DNA of 54,028 nt from Sphingomicrobium sp. (GCA_035318245.1 DATHFE010000020.1:1-54028), one strand, 5' to 3'; shown: positions 1-9,086, counted from the stretch's first letter. Notes: generated by a model from the letters alone, not told the origin. Made by a program: numbers and translations.

Positions 1-222
1 ACCGAAATCGTAGCCGCCGATAAGGTCGAGATCGACGCCGGTGTTGTAGTCGAGCTTGATGACGTTGCTGAGCTCAACGGAACTGTCCTGGAAGTCCAGG
101 TCAGTATCCTCAACGATCATAAAGCCGCCTTCGACACCGACGTACCACGACTTGTCGCGGGCGAGAGCTGGTGACGCCAGCGCCGTCGATGCGAGCGCCA
201 TTGCAATGGCCAGCTTGCGCAT
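1..222 (-). CDS. OmpA-family outer membrane protein, N-terminal part (runs off window start)
   Basis: Read by hand: ATG at 222 gives MRKLAIAMALASTALASPALARDKSWYVGVEGGFMIVED...LIGGYDFG. Signal peptide plus beta-barrel first strand WYVGVEGG; AAGGGG RBS upstream. Not in the ORF track. Confidence 0.85.
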   Translation of the reverse strand, partial: MRKLAIAMALASTALASPALARDKSWYVGVEGGFMIVEDTDLDFQDSSVELSNVIKLDYNTGVDLDLIGGYDFG

Positions 223-383
223 ATGTATCCCCTTTCACTTGAGAGTTCGGAATTGGAACTGCCCAAGCACTCTATGGGAGCGCGGGTTTCCAAGCAAGAC
301 AGGGAATCAAAACAGGCTGTTGCCGAAAAGCCTCATTTCTCCATGCGCCCAAAATCCGTTTTCCTGAAAAAAAGCGCCTGATT

Positions 384-881
384 TCAAGCAGCGATTAGCC
401 CATGCAGGCGAAGTGCCGAGAGAACTGCCGAGACGGCCGTTCTTGCTTCGGTATCAATCACGCTTCCCGCGGTCGGCGCTGCGATCGCGACGTCTCGTGA
501 TCCAACCACTTGCTGGCCTCCAATTTCGACGCGGTTTCCGCGCAACGTTCCCAATTCCCACGCGCCCATTTGGAACACTGCGGTGACCCCGCTCGAGCGT
601 ATGAGCGCAGCCAGACCCTCAACCGGCGTCACGAACTGCCAACCCCCAGTGGTCATTCCAGCCAGACAATTGGCATGCCCGATCCAGGCACCTGATGGTG
701 ACGGAGCAACGATGTAACAGGATCCGACCGCTGGGGCCGATGGCGGAGCTGCCCGCGGCGGCTCTTCGACAGCCGCCGCGACGATCAAGTCCAAAACCTG
801 TAAACTCTTGTTATGAACGAGTTCTTTCTGGCTCTGGCCGGGAAGGATGTGAGGAAGAGCCAGTCGATCTGTAGCGCTCAT
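384..881 (-). CDS. DUF2793 domain protein (GTA/phage tail-associated)
   Basis: N-terminal LALPHILPGQSQKELVHN and central YIVAPSPSGAWIGH motifs are typical of DUF2793; lies directly downstream of the tail gene. Confidence 0.85.
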   Translation of the reverse strand: MSATDRLALPHILPGQSQKELVHNKSLQVLDLIVAAAVEEPPRAAPPSAPAVGSCYIVAPSPSGAWIGHANCLAGMTTGGWQFVTPVEGLAALIRSSGVTAVFQMGAWELGTLRGNRVEIGGQQVVGSRDVAIAAPTAGSVIDTEARTAVSAVLSALRLHGLIAA

Positions 882-890
882 TTCAATCTC

Positions 891-2162
891 CTAAGGCAAT
901 ATGATGGTGAGCGCCGCCTCATGCGATGCAGCGAAGTCGCCGATCTGGCTGACTGTGATGCTGGCGCTTCCCGCGCCCAGCGAAGCAACGTCCGCCGCCG
1001 GAATCGAGGCGCTGGATACAGTAGAATCCAACTCAATGGCCCCCGCCGCGCCGCTCAGTCGAACATGATAGCGCTCGACCGTCTCGCCCAATGGGGCGTC
1101 GACCGAATCGACCCAAGCCCAGCCGAATCGGCTGCGCCTTACCCAGCTGATGGCGAGTCCATTGTCCGCCCGGCGCACCGCGGTCAGGTGCACCGGACTC
1201 GGCGGGCGCAACGCCTCGCCAGCCGCGATACGCGAAACGGGCAAGGCGGCGTCCCCATCGCCAAGGCCTCGTGCCCGCACGCTTACTTCAGCACCGAGCG
1301 AGGCTTGACCGAGCTCAATCGGACGAAGCGCATCAGTCTCGACGATTGCAAAACGCTCGCCAGCAACGTGGCCTTCAGTCGCCCACTCGGTCCCTCGCCT
1401 CCCACGCAACAAGCGCCAAAGTCGAAATTGATTCGGACCGATCGGGTCGGCTCGACCGAATTGAATGAGCTCATTGCCGACGATGGCAAGATTTGCGCCC
1501 TCGCAAAGCGCGATATCGTCGCAGCTCGTCAGCCACATCGCATCGCTGACCAACTCGACCTCGAGAGTTGCCAATTCGTCGATAAGTGCCGCCTGTCCCG
1601 GCGCCGGCACGGCGGTCACAATTCCCATAAGGGTCTCGCCGATCGCGCTATGCCCGGCCGACATCGCGCCGTTGACCGAAATTTCGATCGGCACCGGCCG
1701 CCACTCGCGCGCGCCGCTTGCGGTGGCAAGGTGGAGGACTGGCGCCTGGCTGGGGGAGATACCAAGGTCCGGCAAGTCGAATAGGGCAATTGAGGTCGAT
1801 GGCGCGACCACATCGTAGTTGCCAACCGCCCGGCCCGCGTCTGCCGCGAGCGCAGACGCTTCGCGCCAAGCGCGCTTGAGCTCGGCTACTACCACCATCT
1901 GCTCGATTGTCGCGCGCTCTACTTGCCAATCCTGAGACCCCGAAGTCAGCCTGACCGCATCGCCCGGAACGATGTCGAGATATTCAGGCGAAAGCCTGAG
2001 GGTCAGTCGCTCGCGCTTTGCCCATTGCCGCGCGAGCGAACTCTGCGCCAACGCCTTGGCCGCGTCGGGCTCGATCACCGCGGGAAAATCGATATGCACT
2101 TGTCGCCGCCCGTTTTGACCCGCGCTCGCGCGCATCTGTCCCGACTGATAATCGCGTGCCAC
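891..2162 (-). pseudogene. GTA phage-tail/host-specificity (baseplate, megatron-like) protein, 5'-truncated C-terminal fragment
   Basis: Motifs ARDYQSG, GANLAIVGNELIQFG, LLRGRRGTE and ISWVRRSRFGWAWVDSVDAPLGE are typical of the GTA tail protein C-terminal half. The frame is closed by an in-frame TAG six codons upstream of the GTG, and no N-terminal half is present. Confidence 0.8.
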
Positions 2163-2181
2163 ATTTTCCGACTGTTCCTAA

Positions 2182-2210
2182 GTTGTGCCATATGAGCGCG
2201 ACACTGTCAA
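2182..2210 (-). promoter_or_regulatory. Putative sigma70 promoter (TTGACA-N17-CACAAC) pointing into the GTA remnant
   Basis: Minus strand reads TTGACA GTGTCGCGCTCATATGG CACAAC. Perfect -35 overlapping the kinase stop codon; the -10 is weak. Confidence 0.45.
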
Positions 2211-4312
2211 GTTGTTTTTACCTGTTTGGTTAATGAAGCTATTGGCTCGGCTACCGGCACGCTAAATGCGAAGCGCGTGCCCACGGCGAGATGCTCGCAG
2301 TCGATTTCGCCTCCATGGTAATCGATGATGGACCGACATATCGAAAGCCCGAGCCCAAGCCCGTCTGCTTTGGTCGTGAAAAACGCATCGAACATGCGCG
2401 CGCGATCATCCTCAGCTATGCCCGGCCCCAAATCCTCGATTTCAACCCGCACGCGGTTTCCGTTATCCTCCACACGAACCGTCAGCTGCCGCCTGTCCGG
2501 CCTCTGATTGCGCACGGCATGCATCGCGTTGAGCACGAGATTGAGGACGACTTGTTGAAGCTGGGTCCGATCGCCGAGCACGAGCGGCAGTTTTTCGGCC
2601 AGGTGCAGATTGAGTCTGATCCCTTGGGTTTGGATCTCTCGATGTAGGAAGTTGAACGTCTCCTGGACGACCTCGCCAAGATCGACAGGATCGCGCTGCG
2701 GATCCTTATGGGAAGCCATATTCCTGATGCGGGCAACGATATCGGCGGCGCGCCGGGCGTCGGCAACAATCCGCGCGGCGACAATGCGCACTTCACCGAT
2801 GTCCGGCGGCTCCCGGTCGAGCCACCTCAGGCTTGCCTCGCCGTTGACGGATATCGCGGTTAGCGGCTGGTTCACCTCATGGGCAATCGACGCCGCGAGC
2901 TCGCCGAGCGTTGCGACGCGCGCCGCATGGGCGACTTCCGCCTGGATCTGCTGCAGGCTTCGCTCGGCATGAAGCCGATCGCCGATATCGATCATGCCGA
3001 CCAGGCCGACACCGAACTCCGATAGCTCTAGCGTAAAAGCACTGGTGTACAGCAAATCGAGGATACGGCCATCGAGCGTGGACAGGCGCGTCTCTTCCAT
3101 GAAACGCTCGCGACCCGCATAGCGCGCCGCCAGCGATCGTTTGAGTGTATCCGGACGCTCCTTGAAGAATCGATCGACGGGTCCGCTCAGTTCGGCGGAA
3201 TCTCTTGCTCCAAAGAGCTGGCAGGTCAGGTCATTGCCTTCCTCGACGCGGATGATCTGCATCGCATGTTCGAGAAATTCCGGGTTGGCGTCGATATAGG
3301 CGTCAAGGTCGTCGACGCCGTCGCGGCGCAGCTTCGTGAAAATCTCCAAAAGTTCGCGGACATCGATCTGCACGAGCGCGATCGGCATGTATTGAAGCAG
3401 GGTTCGATACTTGCGCTCGCTTCGCTCCAGCGCCTCCTTGGCTCGCTTTTCTTCGGTGATGTCGATTGCCCCGACCGTGTTGAGGCTTTTGGGGTCATCC
3501 TCATTTGCGAACGCGACGCTGAACATGACGTCCGCGGTCGAGCCGTCCATGCGCCGAATGGTCGACTCCATGCTGTAAGACATAGCGCCGGATTCACGAG
3601 CCTTTCTCGCTCCAACCCAATCCTCTCCACGAGGTAGCCAGAGACCGGGCATCGCCTCCAGCAGCTGCTCTCGGTCCGTGGCGCCGAACAGGCAGAGCGC
3701 CTGCTCATTTGCCTCGGTTATCTTGAGTGTGGCTTGAGCTTCATCGAGGAACTCTGGATGCTCCGTCACATATCCCGCGAGGTCGTCAACACCGGCAGCG
3801 CGCAAGTCCTTGAACATGTTCCCCATCTTCCGCGAATCCAGCTGCCAGATCGCGATGGGCATGAAGTTGAAGAGGTCGCGATACTTCTTTTCGCTTTCCG
3901 CTAGCGCCTGATACGCCGCCATGAGTGCCCCAGAACTATCGATCGCCAGTTCCGAAGGATCGGTCAGATGGCTTGACTCGACGATTTCAATCGAAGCGCC
4001 GCGAGCATCCCGACGAACCGCCCAATTGGCATCGACGACCAGTAGCGAGCCGTCCTTTGCGTGACGGTAGACCCGGCGCTCCAGCGTGCCAGTACTGATC
4101 AACAGCTCCATACTCGTGCGGATCCGTTCGTCATATGGCCGGCGGAACAAATCCGTGCCTTTGTTCCCGATCGCTTCATCTCGCGACCACCCATAGAGTC
4201 TCTCTGCTGCGGCGTTCCAAAACGTCATCACCAAATTTAGGTCGAAGGCACAAACGCTGACCGGAATCGCTTCAAGAATCTCACGATCGCGATTGGTTGA
4301 TGAAGTGCTCAT
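2207..4312 (-). CDS. Cytoplasmic multi-PAS sensor histidine kinase (FixL/NodV-like kinase core)
   Basis: PAS (FWNAAAERLYGWS), two further PAS-like repeats, H-box IAHEVNQPL, N-box QVVLNLVLNA, G boxes DLGPG and GLGLGL; no transmembrane segment seen. Confidence 0.92.
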   Translation of the reverse strand: MSTSSTNRDREILEAIPVSVCAFDLNLVMTFWNAAAERLYGWSRDEAIGNKGTDLFRRPYDERIRTSMELLISTGTLERRVYRHAKDGSLLVVDANWAVRRDARGASIEIVESSHLTDPSELAIDSSGALMAAYQALAESEKKYRDLFNFMPIAIWQLDSRKMGNMFKDLRAAGVDDLAGYVTEHPEFLDEAQATLKITEANEQALCLFGATDREQLLEAMPGLWLPRGEDWVGARKARESGAMSYSMESTIRRMDGSTADVMFSVAFANEDDPKSLNTVGAIDITEEKRAKEALERSERKYRTLLQYMPIALVQIDVRELLEIFTKLRRDGVDDLDAYIDANPEFLEHAMQIIRVEEGNDLTCQLFGARDSAELSGPVDRFFKERPDTLKRSLAARYAGRERFMEETRLSTLDGRILDLLYTSAFTLELSEFGVGLVGMIDIGDRLHAERSLQQIQAEVAHAARVATLGELAASIAHEVNQPLTAISVNGEASLRWLDREPPDIGEVRIVAARIVADARRAADIVARIRNMASHKDPQRDPVDLGEVVQETFNFLHREIQTQGIRLNLHLAEKLPLVLGDRTQLQQVVLNLVLNAMHAVRNQRPDRRQLTVRVEDNGNRVRVEIEDLGPGIAEDDRARMFDAFFTTKADGLGLGLSICRSIIDYHGGEIDCEHLAVGTRFAFSVPVAEPIASLTKQVKTT

Positions 4313-4512
4313 CGAAACGCCGCCGCCCTGCCCACGGACCCTCCGGATCAGAGAGATCGCAATTCCTGCGCCCTTTTGGCCCTTTCTACCAGTCGCAACG
4401 GCGCAAGCGGGATTTCGGCGGCACCCGTTGGGGCATCATTGTCACGCCCGGCGATCCGGCTGCGCGTTCCCGGTCATGTTCGATATCAAACGATGCCGCC
4501 TGGAAATTTCGG

Positions 4513-4692
4513 CTATGTTTGGCTTTGAGGATCGGCAGCCCGCTTCGCGCCGAACACCACCGCTAAAGCCTCGTAGCGATCCGCCATTTCAGTATGGACC
4601 GCAGCCGCCTGTTGGTTGGTTGCGCGATCGCTCATGGTTCGCTCAAAACGCTCGCGGTCGGCAAAGTAGCTGGCCAATGAATCCTCGGACAT
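4513..4692 (-). CDS. Small helical hypothetical protein (59 aa)
   Basis: MSEDSLASYFADRERFERTMSDRATNQQAAAVHTEMADRY; GGGG RBS; YF..R...ER..A..A....A...H..LA..Y pattern shared with 46882..47040. Confidence 0.7.
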   Translation of the reverse strand: MSEDSLASYFADRERFERTMSDRATNQQAAAVHTEMADRYEALAVVFGAKRAADPQSQT

Positions 4693-4700
4693 TTTCCCCA

Positions 4701-4725
4701 AACGTAGGAATCTCACCCAAGTTCC
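4701..4725 (-). promoter_or_regulatory. EcfG (sigmaT)-type general stress promoter
   Basis: Minus strand GGAAC TTGGGTGAGATTCCTA CGTT = GGAAC-N16-CGTT, 8 nt upstream of the ATG at 4692. Confidence 0.7.
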
Positions 4726-4847
4726 GATGGATCACGGCTTGGACGGTTGGAAATCGGGCACTATCCTGCGGCTCGCACCGTCAGCTCGCCGAACTACTCC
4801 TCGCTGCCCTCTGGCTGGCGATGAACGGATGATTTTTGGCTGGACGC

Positions 4848-5378
4848 CTAGTCGCAAAGATTGGGCGAGCCCGCGCGGATCACCGCGGGGTTCCAGTCGT
4901 CCTCCCAGGTGATGCCACCACCAGTCGCGGTCCGTGCGCCGGTGCCCTCGACCTTCTTCACGTCGTAGGTCGCGCTGCTCCCAGCGACCTTCGCGCCCTT
5001 CAATTCCTTGATGTCCCAGCTGACCGTCTTGCCAACCGCGCCGCCGCTCTTCGCACCCCATTCCTTGGTGATCGTGAACGGCTTGTGCATCCGTTTGCCG
5101 CTGGCCTGCCCGCTGGCGGAATCGCGCGGCGATTTCACTTCATAGGCCGCTGCCACCACGCCGTCGGCGCAGCGCACCCGCAGCCAGGCCTCGTCGCTGC
5201 GTCCGTCCCCGTCGAGGTCGCCAACATTGACCGAATAGAGCCGGTCGGCGCTGGTGCCGTCGCTATACGTCGCTGTCGCGCGATTATTAATCGCCCCCGA
5301 GCTCGCATCGCCGGCCAGCGCGCCGGCTGGGATTAGCAGCGCCGCGGCGCTGATCACGCTCATCGCTAAGTGTTTCAT
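4848..5378 (-). CDS. Secreted protein with Hcp (T6SS tube)-like motifs
   Basis: Start MKHLAMSVISAAALLIPAGALA (signal peptide, GGGGAG RBS). Contains EVKSPRDSASGQASGKRMHKPFTITKE and GGITWEDDW, plus a GDLDGDGRSD Ca-loop. Confidence 0.75.
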   Translation of the reverse strand: MKHLAMSVISAAALLIPAGALAGDASSGAINNRATATYSDGTSADRLYSVNVGDLDGDGRSDEAWLRVRCADGVVAAAYEVKSPRDSASGQASGKRMHKPFTITKEWGAKSGGAVGKTVSWDIKELKGAKVAGSSATYDVKKVEGTGARTATGGGITWEDDWNPAVIRAGSPNLCD

Positions 5379-5450
5379 GGTCCATCTCCCCAGATGGACA
5401 GCATCCCACTTTCGTCCGCGAGTCGCAATGGAACCGCGCGCAAGCCGCTC

Positions 5451-5475
5451 GGAACGGCGATTTCCCTTGATCGTT
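5451..5475 (+). promoter_or_regulatory. EcfG (sigmaT)-type general stress promoter
   Basis: GGAAC GGCGATTTCCCTTGAT CGTT = GGAAC-N16-CGTT, upstream of a GGAGG RBS and the ATG at 5502. Confidence 0.7.
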
Positions 5476-5501
5476 GCAGCACCAAACAAACGGAGGAAGC
5501 C

Positions 5502-5648
5502 ATGCCGCGAAAGCCAATCGCGAAGCCGACACGACCGCCGGCGGCGGAAAAGCCCGCCATACCGCTGGCCACGAAGGCCGCCGCGTCAACTTCCGCGTCG
5601 ATCCCCTCGGCGCACGGTTCCGGCTGGGCGATGATCGAGGGCTTTTAG
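5502..5648 (+). CDS. Small hypothetical protein (48 aa)
   Basis: GGAGGAAGCC-ATG; [48 protein letters not shown]; has its own promoter; stop overlaps the folE stop. Confidence 0.65.
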   Translation: MPRKPIAKPTRPPAAEKPAIPLATKAAASTSASIPSAHGSGWAMIEGF

Positions 5649-6274
5649 TATCCCATCAGCGCGAGGACTTCGCGGCGGCTGCGTTCGTCCTGCCTGAACA
5701 CACCCATCATCCGGCTGGTCGTCATCATCACACCGGGCGTACCGACTCCGCGCGCGGTCATGCACGCGTGGCTCGCTTCGATCACCACCGCGACACCTTT
5801 CGGCTTCAGATGCTCGCATATGCAGTCGGCGACCTGGGCAGTCAGCCGCTCCTGCACCTGGAGCCGCCGCGCATAGCCATGCAGCACCCGCGCTAACTTG
5901 CTGATTCCAACCACTTTATCGCGCGGCAGATAAGCGATCGACGCCTTGCCGATAATCGGGGCGAGATGGTGCTCGCAATGCGACTGGAACGGAATGTCTT
6001 TCAACAGCACGATCTCGTCATAGCCGCCGACTTCATCGAAGGTCCGCGACAGGTGCACCGCCGGATCCTCCTGGTAGCCCTGGGCATATTCCTTCCACGC
6101 CCGCGCCACCCGCGCCGGAGTATCGAGTAGGCCTTCGCGCGCCGGATCGTCGCCGGCCCAGGTGATCAGGGTCTTCACCGCCTTCAGCACCTCTTTGGGC
6201 ACCTCGATCATCGGCGCCGACGCGACGAGATCGCCATCCTCGGGCCCAATCTCCGCATCCAAAATGCCGCTCAT
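5645..6274 (-). CDS. folE: GTP cyclohydrolase I
   Basis: [40 protein letters not shown]; start placed at the ATGA overlap with the upstream gene. Confidence 0.97.
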   Translation of the reverse strand: MSGILDAEIGPEDGDLVASAPMIEVPKEVLKAVKTLITWAGDDPAREGLLDTPARVARAWKEYAQGYQEDPAVHLSRTFDEVGGYDEIVLLKDIPFQSHCEHHLAPIIGKASIAYLPRDKVVGISKLARVLHGYARRLQVQERLTAQVADCICEHLKPKGVAVVIEASHACMTARGVGTPGVMMTTSRMMGVFRQDERSRREVLALMGY

Positions 6275-7584
6275 TGTTTCAGCTCCTTGGCGATCGCCTC
6301 GGCCACCGCGGCCGCTTGCCCCCTTATGTCGGGTACCGCGACGATTTCCCAATAGGCGCCCTTAGTCAGCGGCCCAAGCGCCCACACGCCGTCGCCGGCG
6401 CGCGAGCCGTCATCGACCGCCAAACTGATCCCCAACGCATCCCCTCGTACCAGTCCCTCCTCCAGCATCTGCCGGAGCATTGGATCGCGCGTGCGCGAAA
6501 TGGCTCCCAAGGGTCCGGTGCAATTAAACGCGGCAGCGAAAGTTTGCACGTCGCTGGAAGGACGCCCGCGCCGCGAAATCGTGACCTCGATCCCATCCTC
6601 AGCCTCGCGCATCGCTCCGATCCGCCCGGCGACAATCTCCAGCCGACCCTCGGCGACCATGTCCGCAATCTGCTTCGCCACCTGGGGCGCGATACGGTGG
6701 CGATGGACGTCCCACCAAGGTCGCGCGTGGCGCACGAACTGGCGTTGCCCGCCAGAATCGAGCGAGCGCCAGATGGCATGGCTATGCGGCCGCCAGCTGT
6801 CGACCGCCGCGCGCCAGCCGACTTGCCCGGCCCGCCGCCGCAGCCACCGCCACAACTCGCCAACATTGCCCAGCGGAAGTTGGTCCAATTTAACCGGGGC
6901 CGGCACGAAATCGGCATGCGATCGGGGTATCTGCCCGCGCCGAGACAAGGCCATGATCCGTCCGCGATGCCCAGCCGCTTCCAGCGACAGCACCATGTCG
7001 ATCATTGTCAGCCCGGTGCCGATGATCAGAGCGTCGCCATGGCTGTCCGCGACCCGAGCGATCGCTTCTCCGCTCGCGGCGATCCACGGATTATTGACGA
7101 ACCGCGCGCCGAGCTGTTCCGTCCCGCGCAGTGGCTCGGGCGGCTGATTGCCCTGCGCCAGAACCAGCGCATCCGCGGTGACCTCACCGCCATCCTGGAC
7201 AGCGATTCGCCAATCGCTCTCGTCGCGCCGCGCTGAAATTGCGTGCGCCGGCACCACTTCAACCATTCCTTCAGCTACAGCCTCGTCGAGGATTCCGCGC
7301 AAATAACGTCCAAACCTCTGCCGCTCGGCGAAATCCTTGCCCGACCCGCCTTCCGCCTCGATCACCCGCGCGAAATGGTCGGGATCATCGGCCCAGGCGC
7401 TCATCTTCGCCGCGGGGACGTTGAGTAAATGCGCCGGCTCAATCGTCGAATAGGCCGTCCCGCGTCCCTCGCGCCCCGAACCCTCGAACAGCACGCTCTT
7501 CACCTCCCGCCGTGCAAGCTCCGCAGCTAACATGGTCCCCGAAAAGCCCGCTCCGACAATCGCGACCGGCGCCTTAGATCTCAT
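6271..7584 (-). CDS. FAD/NAD(P)-binding oxidoreductase
   Basis: Two Rossmann motifs ([15 protein letters not shown]), HLLNVPA and [10 protein letters not shown]. Confidence 0.88.
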   Translation of the reverse strand: MRSKAPVAIVGAGFSGTMLAAELARREVKSVLFEGSGREGRGTAYSTIEPAHLLNVPAAKMSAWADDPDHFARVIEAEGGSGKDFAERQRFGRYLRGILDEAVAEGMVEVVPAHAISARRDESDWRIAVQDGGEVTADALVLAQGNQPPEPLRGTEQLGARFVNNPWIAASGEAIARVADSHGDALIIGTGLTMIDMVLSLEAAGHRGRIMALSRRGQIPRSHADFVPAPVKLDQLPLGNVGELWRWLRRRAGQVGWRAAVDSWRPHSHAIWRSLDSGGQRQFVRHARPWWDVHRHRIAPQVAKQIADMVAEGRLEIVAGRIGAMREAEDGIEVTISRRGRPSSDVQTFAAAFNCTGPLGAISRTRDPMLRQMLEEGLVRGDALGISLAVDDGSRAGDGVWALGPLTKGAYWEIVAVPDIRGQAAAVAEAIAKELKQ

Positions 7585-7843
7585 AATCGGGCCATTGCTC
7601 GGGATTGGCCGCGCCCGCACGACGGCTGACCATATGGTCGTGCAGGTCCATTACCGTCCGCCCCGCGGTCTCGGTGAACCATCCCGGCACAATTGCGTGG
7701 ACCGCGCAGGCCATTCCGGCGGTGATCATGGTTCCCGCGATTCGCATCGCGCCCGTACCATGCTCGACCCAGGTCATGCCGAGCGAGCGCGGGTGGTCGC
7801 TGAACAAACGGCCAGTGAGGCTTTGCCAATTGGATTGTGGCAT
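7574..7843 (-). CDS. DUF6356-family small protein
   Basis: LFSDHPRSLGMTWVEH...ACAVHAIVPGWFTETAG motif. Confidence 0.75.
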   Translation of the reverse strand: MPQSNWQSLTGRLFSDHPRSLGMTWVEHGTGAMRIAGTMITAGMACAVHAIVPGWFTETAGRTVMDLHDHMVSRRAGAANPEQWPDYEI

Positions 7844-7885
7844 TGATCGATCCCCTGCGACGCCAACGATTGAAACTAACCAATA

Positions 7886-7962
7886 TGGTGGCCCCGGAGG
7901 GACTCGAACCCCCGACCTGCGGTTTAGGAAACCGTCGCTCTATCCTGCTGAGCTACGGAGCC
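7886..7962 (-). tRNA. tRNA-Arg(CCT)
   Basis: GGCTCCGTAGCTCAGCAGGATAGAGCGACGGTTTCCTAAACCGCAGGTCGGGGGTTCGAGTCCCTCCGGGGCCACCA: cloverleaf, T-loop GTTCGA, encoded CCA. Confidence 0.97.
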
Positions 7963-7998
7963 ATTTCGTGGCCCGATTAGTCGGCGCGGCCCGCTTAA

Positions 7999-8826
7999 TC
8001 AATTATGCTCGACTTCGCCGATCTGCTGGCGATGGGAGAGGGCCGGGATTCGCCCCCTGACTTCGCTGATCCTTGCAAGGTCGATCTCGGCAAAACCAAC
8101 GCCGCCTTCATTGCCCATATCGAGCAGAACTTCGCCCCACGGATCGATCACCAGCGAATGGCCATAGGTGTTGCGGCCATCCTCATGATGTCCCGTCTGC
8201 GCCGCCGCGACGATGAAGCATCCTGCCTCAATCGCCCGCGCCCGCAGCAAAATTTCCCAGTGCGCCTTGCCGGTCGGGACCGTGAACGCCGCTGGTACCG
8301 CAATCACATCGGCGCCGGCTTCCGCCAGCGTAGCGAACAGCGCGGGAAACCGCAGGTCGTAACAGATCGTCAGCCCCAGAGATCCGATCGGCGTGCCCTT
8401 AACCAGCACCGCTTTGTCGCCCCGTTGATAGAGCGCCGACTCCCGCCAACTTTCGCCGGTTGGCAGGTCGACATCGAACAGATGAATCTTGTCGTATCGC
8501 CCACGGATTTCGCCCCACGGATCGATCACGAACCCACGATTGACCAGCCGGCCGTCGCCGCTTTCCAGCGCCAGAGAACCGAGATGGACCCAGATCTCCG
8601 CTTTGTGCGCGGCGTCACGCACCGCTTTCAGCACCACATCTTCATTTTGATGCTGCACGTTGCTTGCAGCGCGCTCGCGGTCGCGGTCGAGCAGACCTGA
8701 CATTTCCGGAGTGAAAAGGATCGCCGCGCCACCTGCCGCGGCCGCCTCGACTGCTGCATCCAGCGCCTCGGCGTTGCGCGCCGGGTCGATCCCGCTTTGT
8801 GCCTGGAAGATCGCAATCCTGGTCAT
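7999..8826 (-). CDS. Carbon-nitrogen hydrolase (Nit1-like, deaminated glutathione amidase type)
   Basis: Catalytic E-K-C triad motifs FTPE, YDKIHLFDV and ICYDLRFP; adjacent to grxC. Confidence 0.92.
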   Translation of the reverse strand: MTRIAIFQAQSGIDPARNAEALDAAVEAAAAGGAAILFTPEMSGLLDRDRERAASNVQHQNEDVVLKAVRDAAHKAEIWVHLGSLALESGDGRLVNRGFVIDPWGEIRGRYDKIHLFDVDLPTGESWRESALYQRGDKAVLVKGTPIGSLGLTICYDLRFPALFATLAEAGADVIAVPAAFTVPTGKAHWEILLRARAIEAGCFIVAAAQTGHHEDGRNTYGHSLVIDPWGEVLLDMGNEGGVGFAEIDLARISEVRGRIPALSHRQQIGEVEHN

Positions 8827-8828
8827 GA

Positions 8829-9086
8829 TCAGGCAGCAAGCAATTCGTCGAGCTTGCCGGTCCGTTCGAGCCTCATCAGATCGTCACATCCACCGATATG
8901 TTTGCCGTCGATGAAGATCTGCGGGACGGTCATCCGTCCACCGGCACGCTCGACCATCTCGTGCCTCGTTTCGCCGCCCATATCGACGACATGCTCGACC
9001 GTCTCGACGCCCTTCTCGTCGAGAAGCCGCCGTGCGCGGAAACAATATCCGCAGGTCGTCTTCACATACATTTCGACCCTCGGCAC
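8829..9086 (-). CDS. grxC: Glutaredoxin 3
   Basis: CGYC active site, TVPQIFI, IGGCDDL; GTG start behind GGGAG. Confidence 0.93.
   Translation of the reverse strand: MPRVEMYVKTTCGYCFRARRLLDEKGVETVEHVVDMGGETRHEMVERAGGRMTVPQIFIDGKHIGGCDDLMRLERTGKLDELLAA

Noticed and set aside
2176-2190. TGGCAC on the minus strand as a sigma54 promoter for the GTA remnant
   Set aside because: The -12 position reads AGGA, not TTGC.
2217-2233. Full CtrA box upstream of the GTA remnant
   Set aside because: TTAA-N8-GTAA has the wrong spacing; at most a TTAACC half site inside the kinase CDS.
5502-5648. Lasso peptide or other RiPP precursor
   Set aside because: No clear Thr(-2)/Gly-start core with a ring Asp/Glu at position 7-9, and no maturase genes nearby.
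2163-7885. Genomic island integrated at tRNA-Arg(CCT)
   Set aside because: No duplicated tRNA 3' end or integrase was seen, and the interval includes housekeeping folE.
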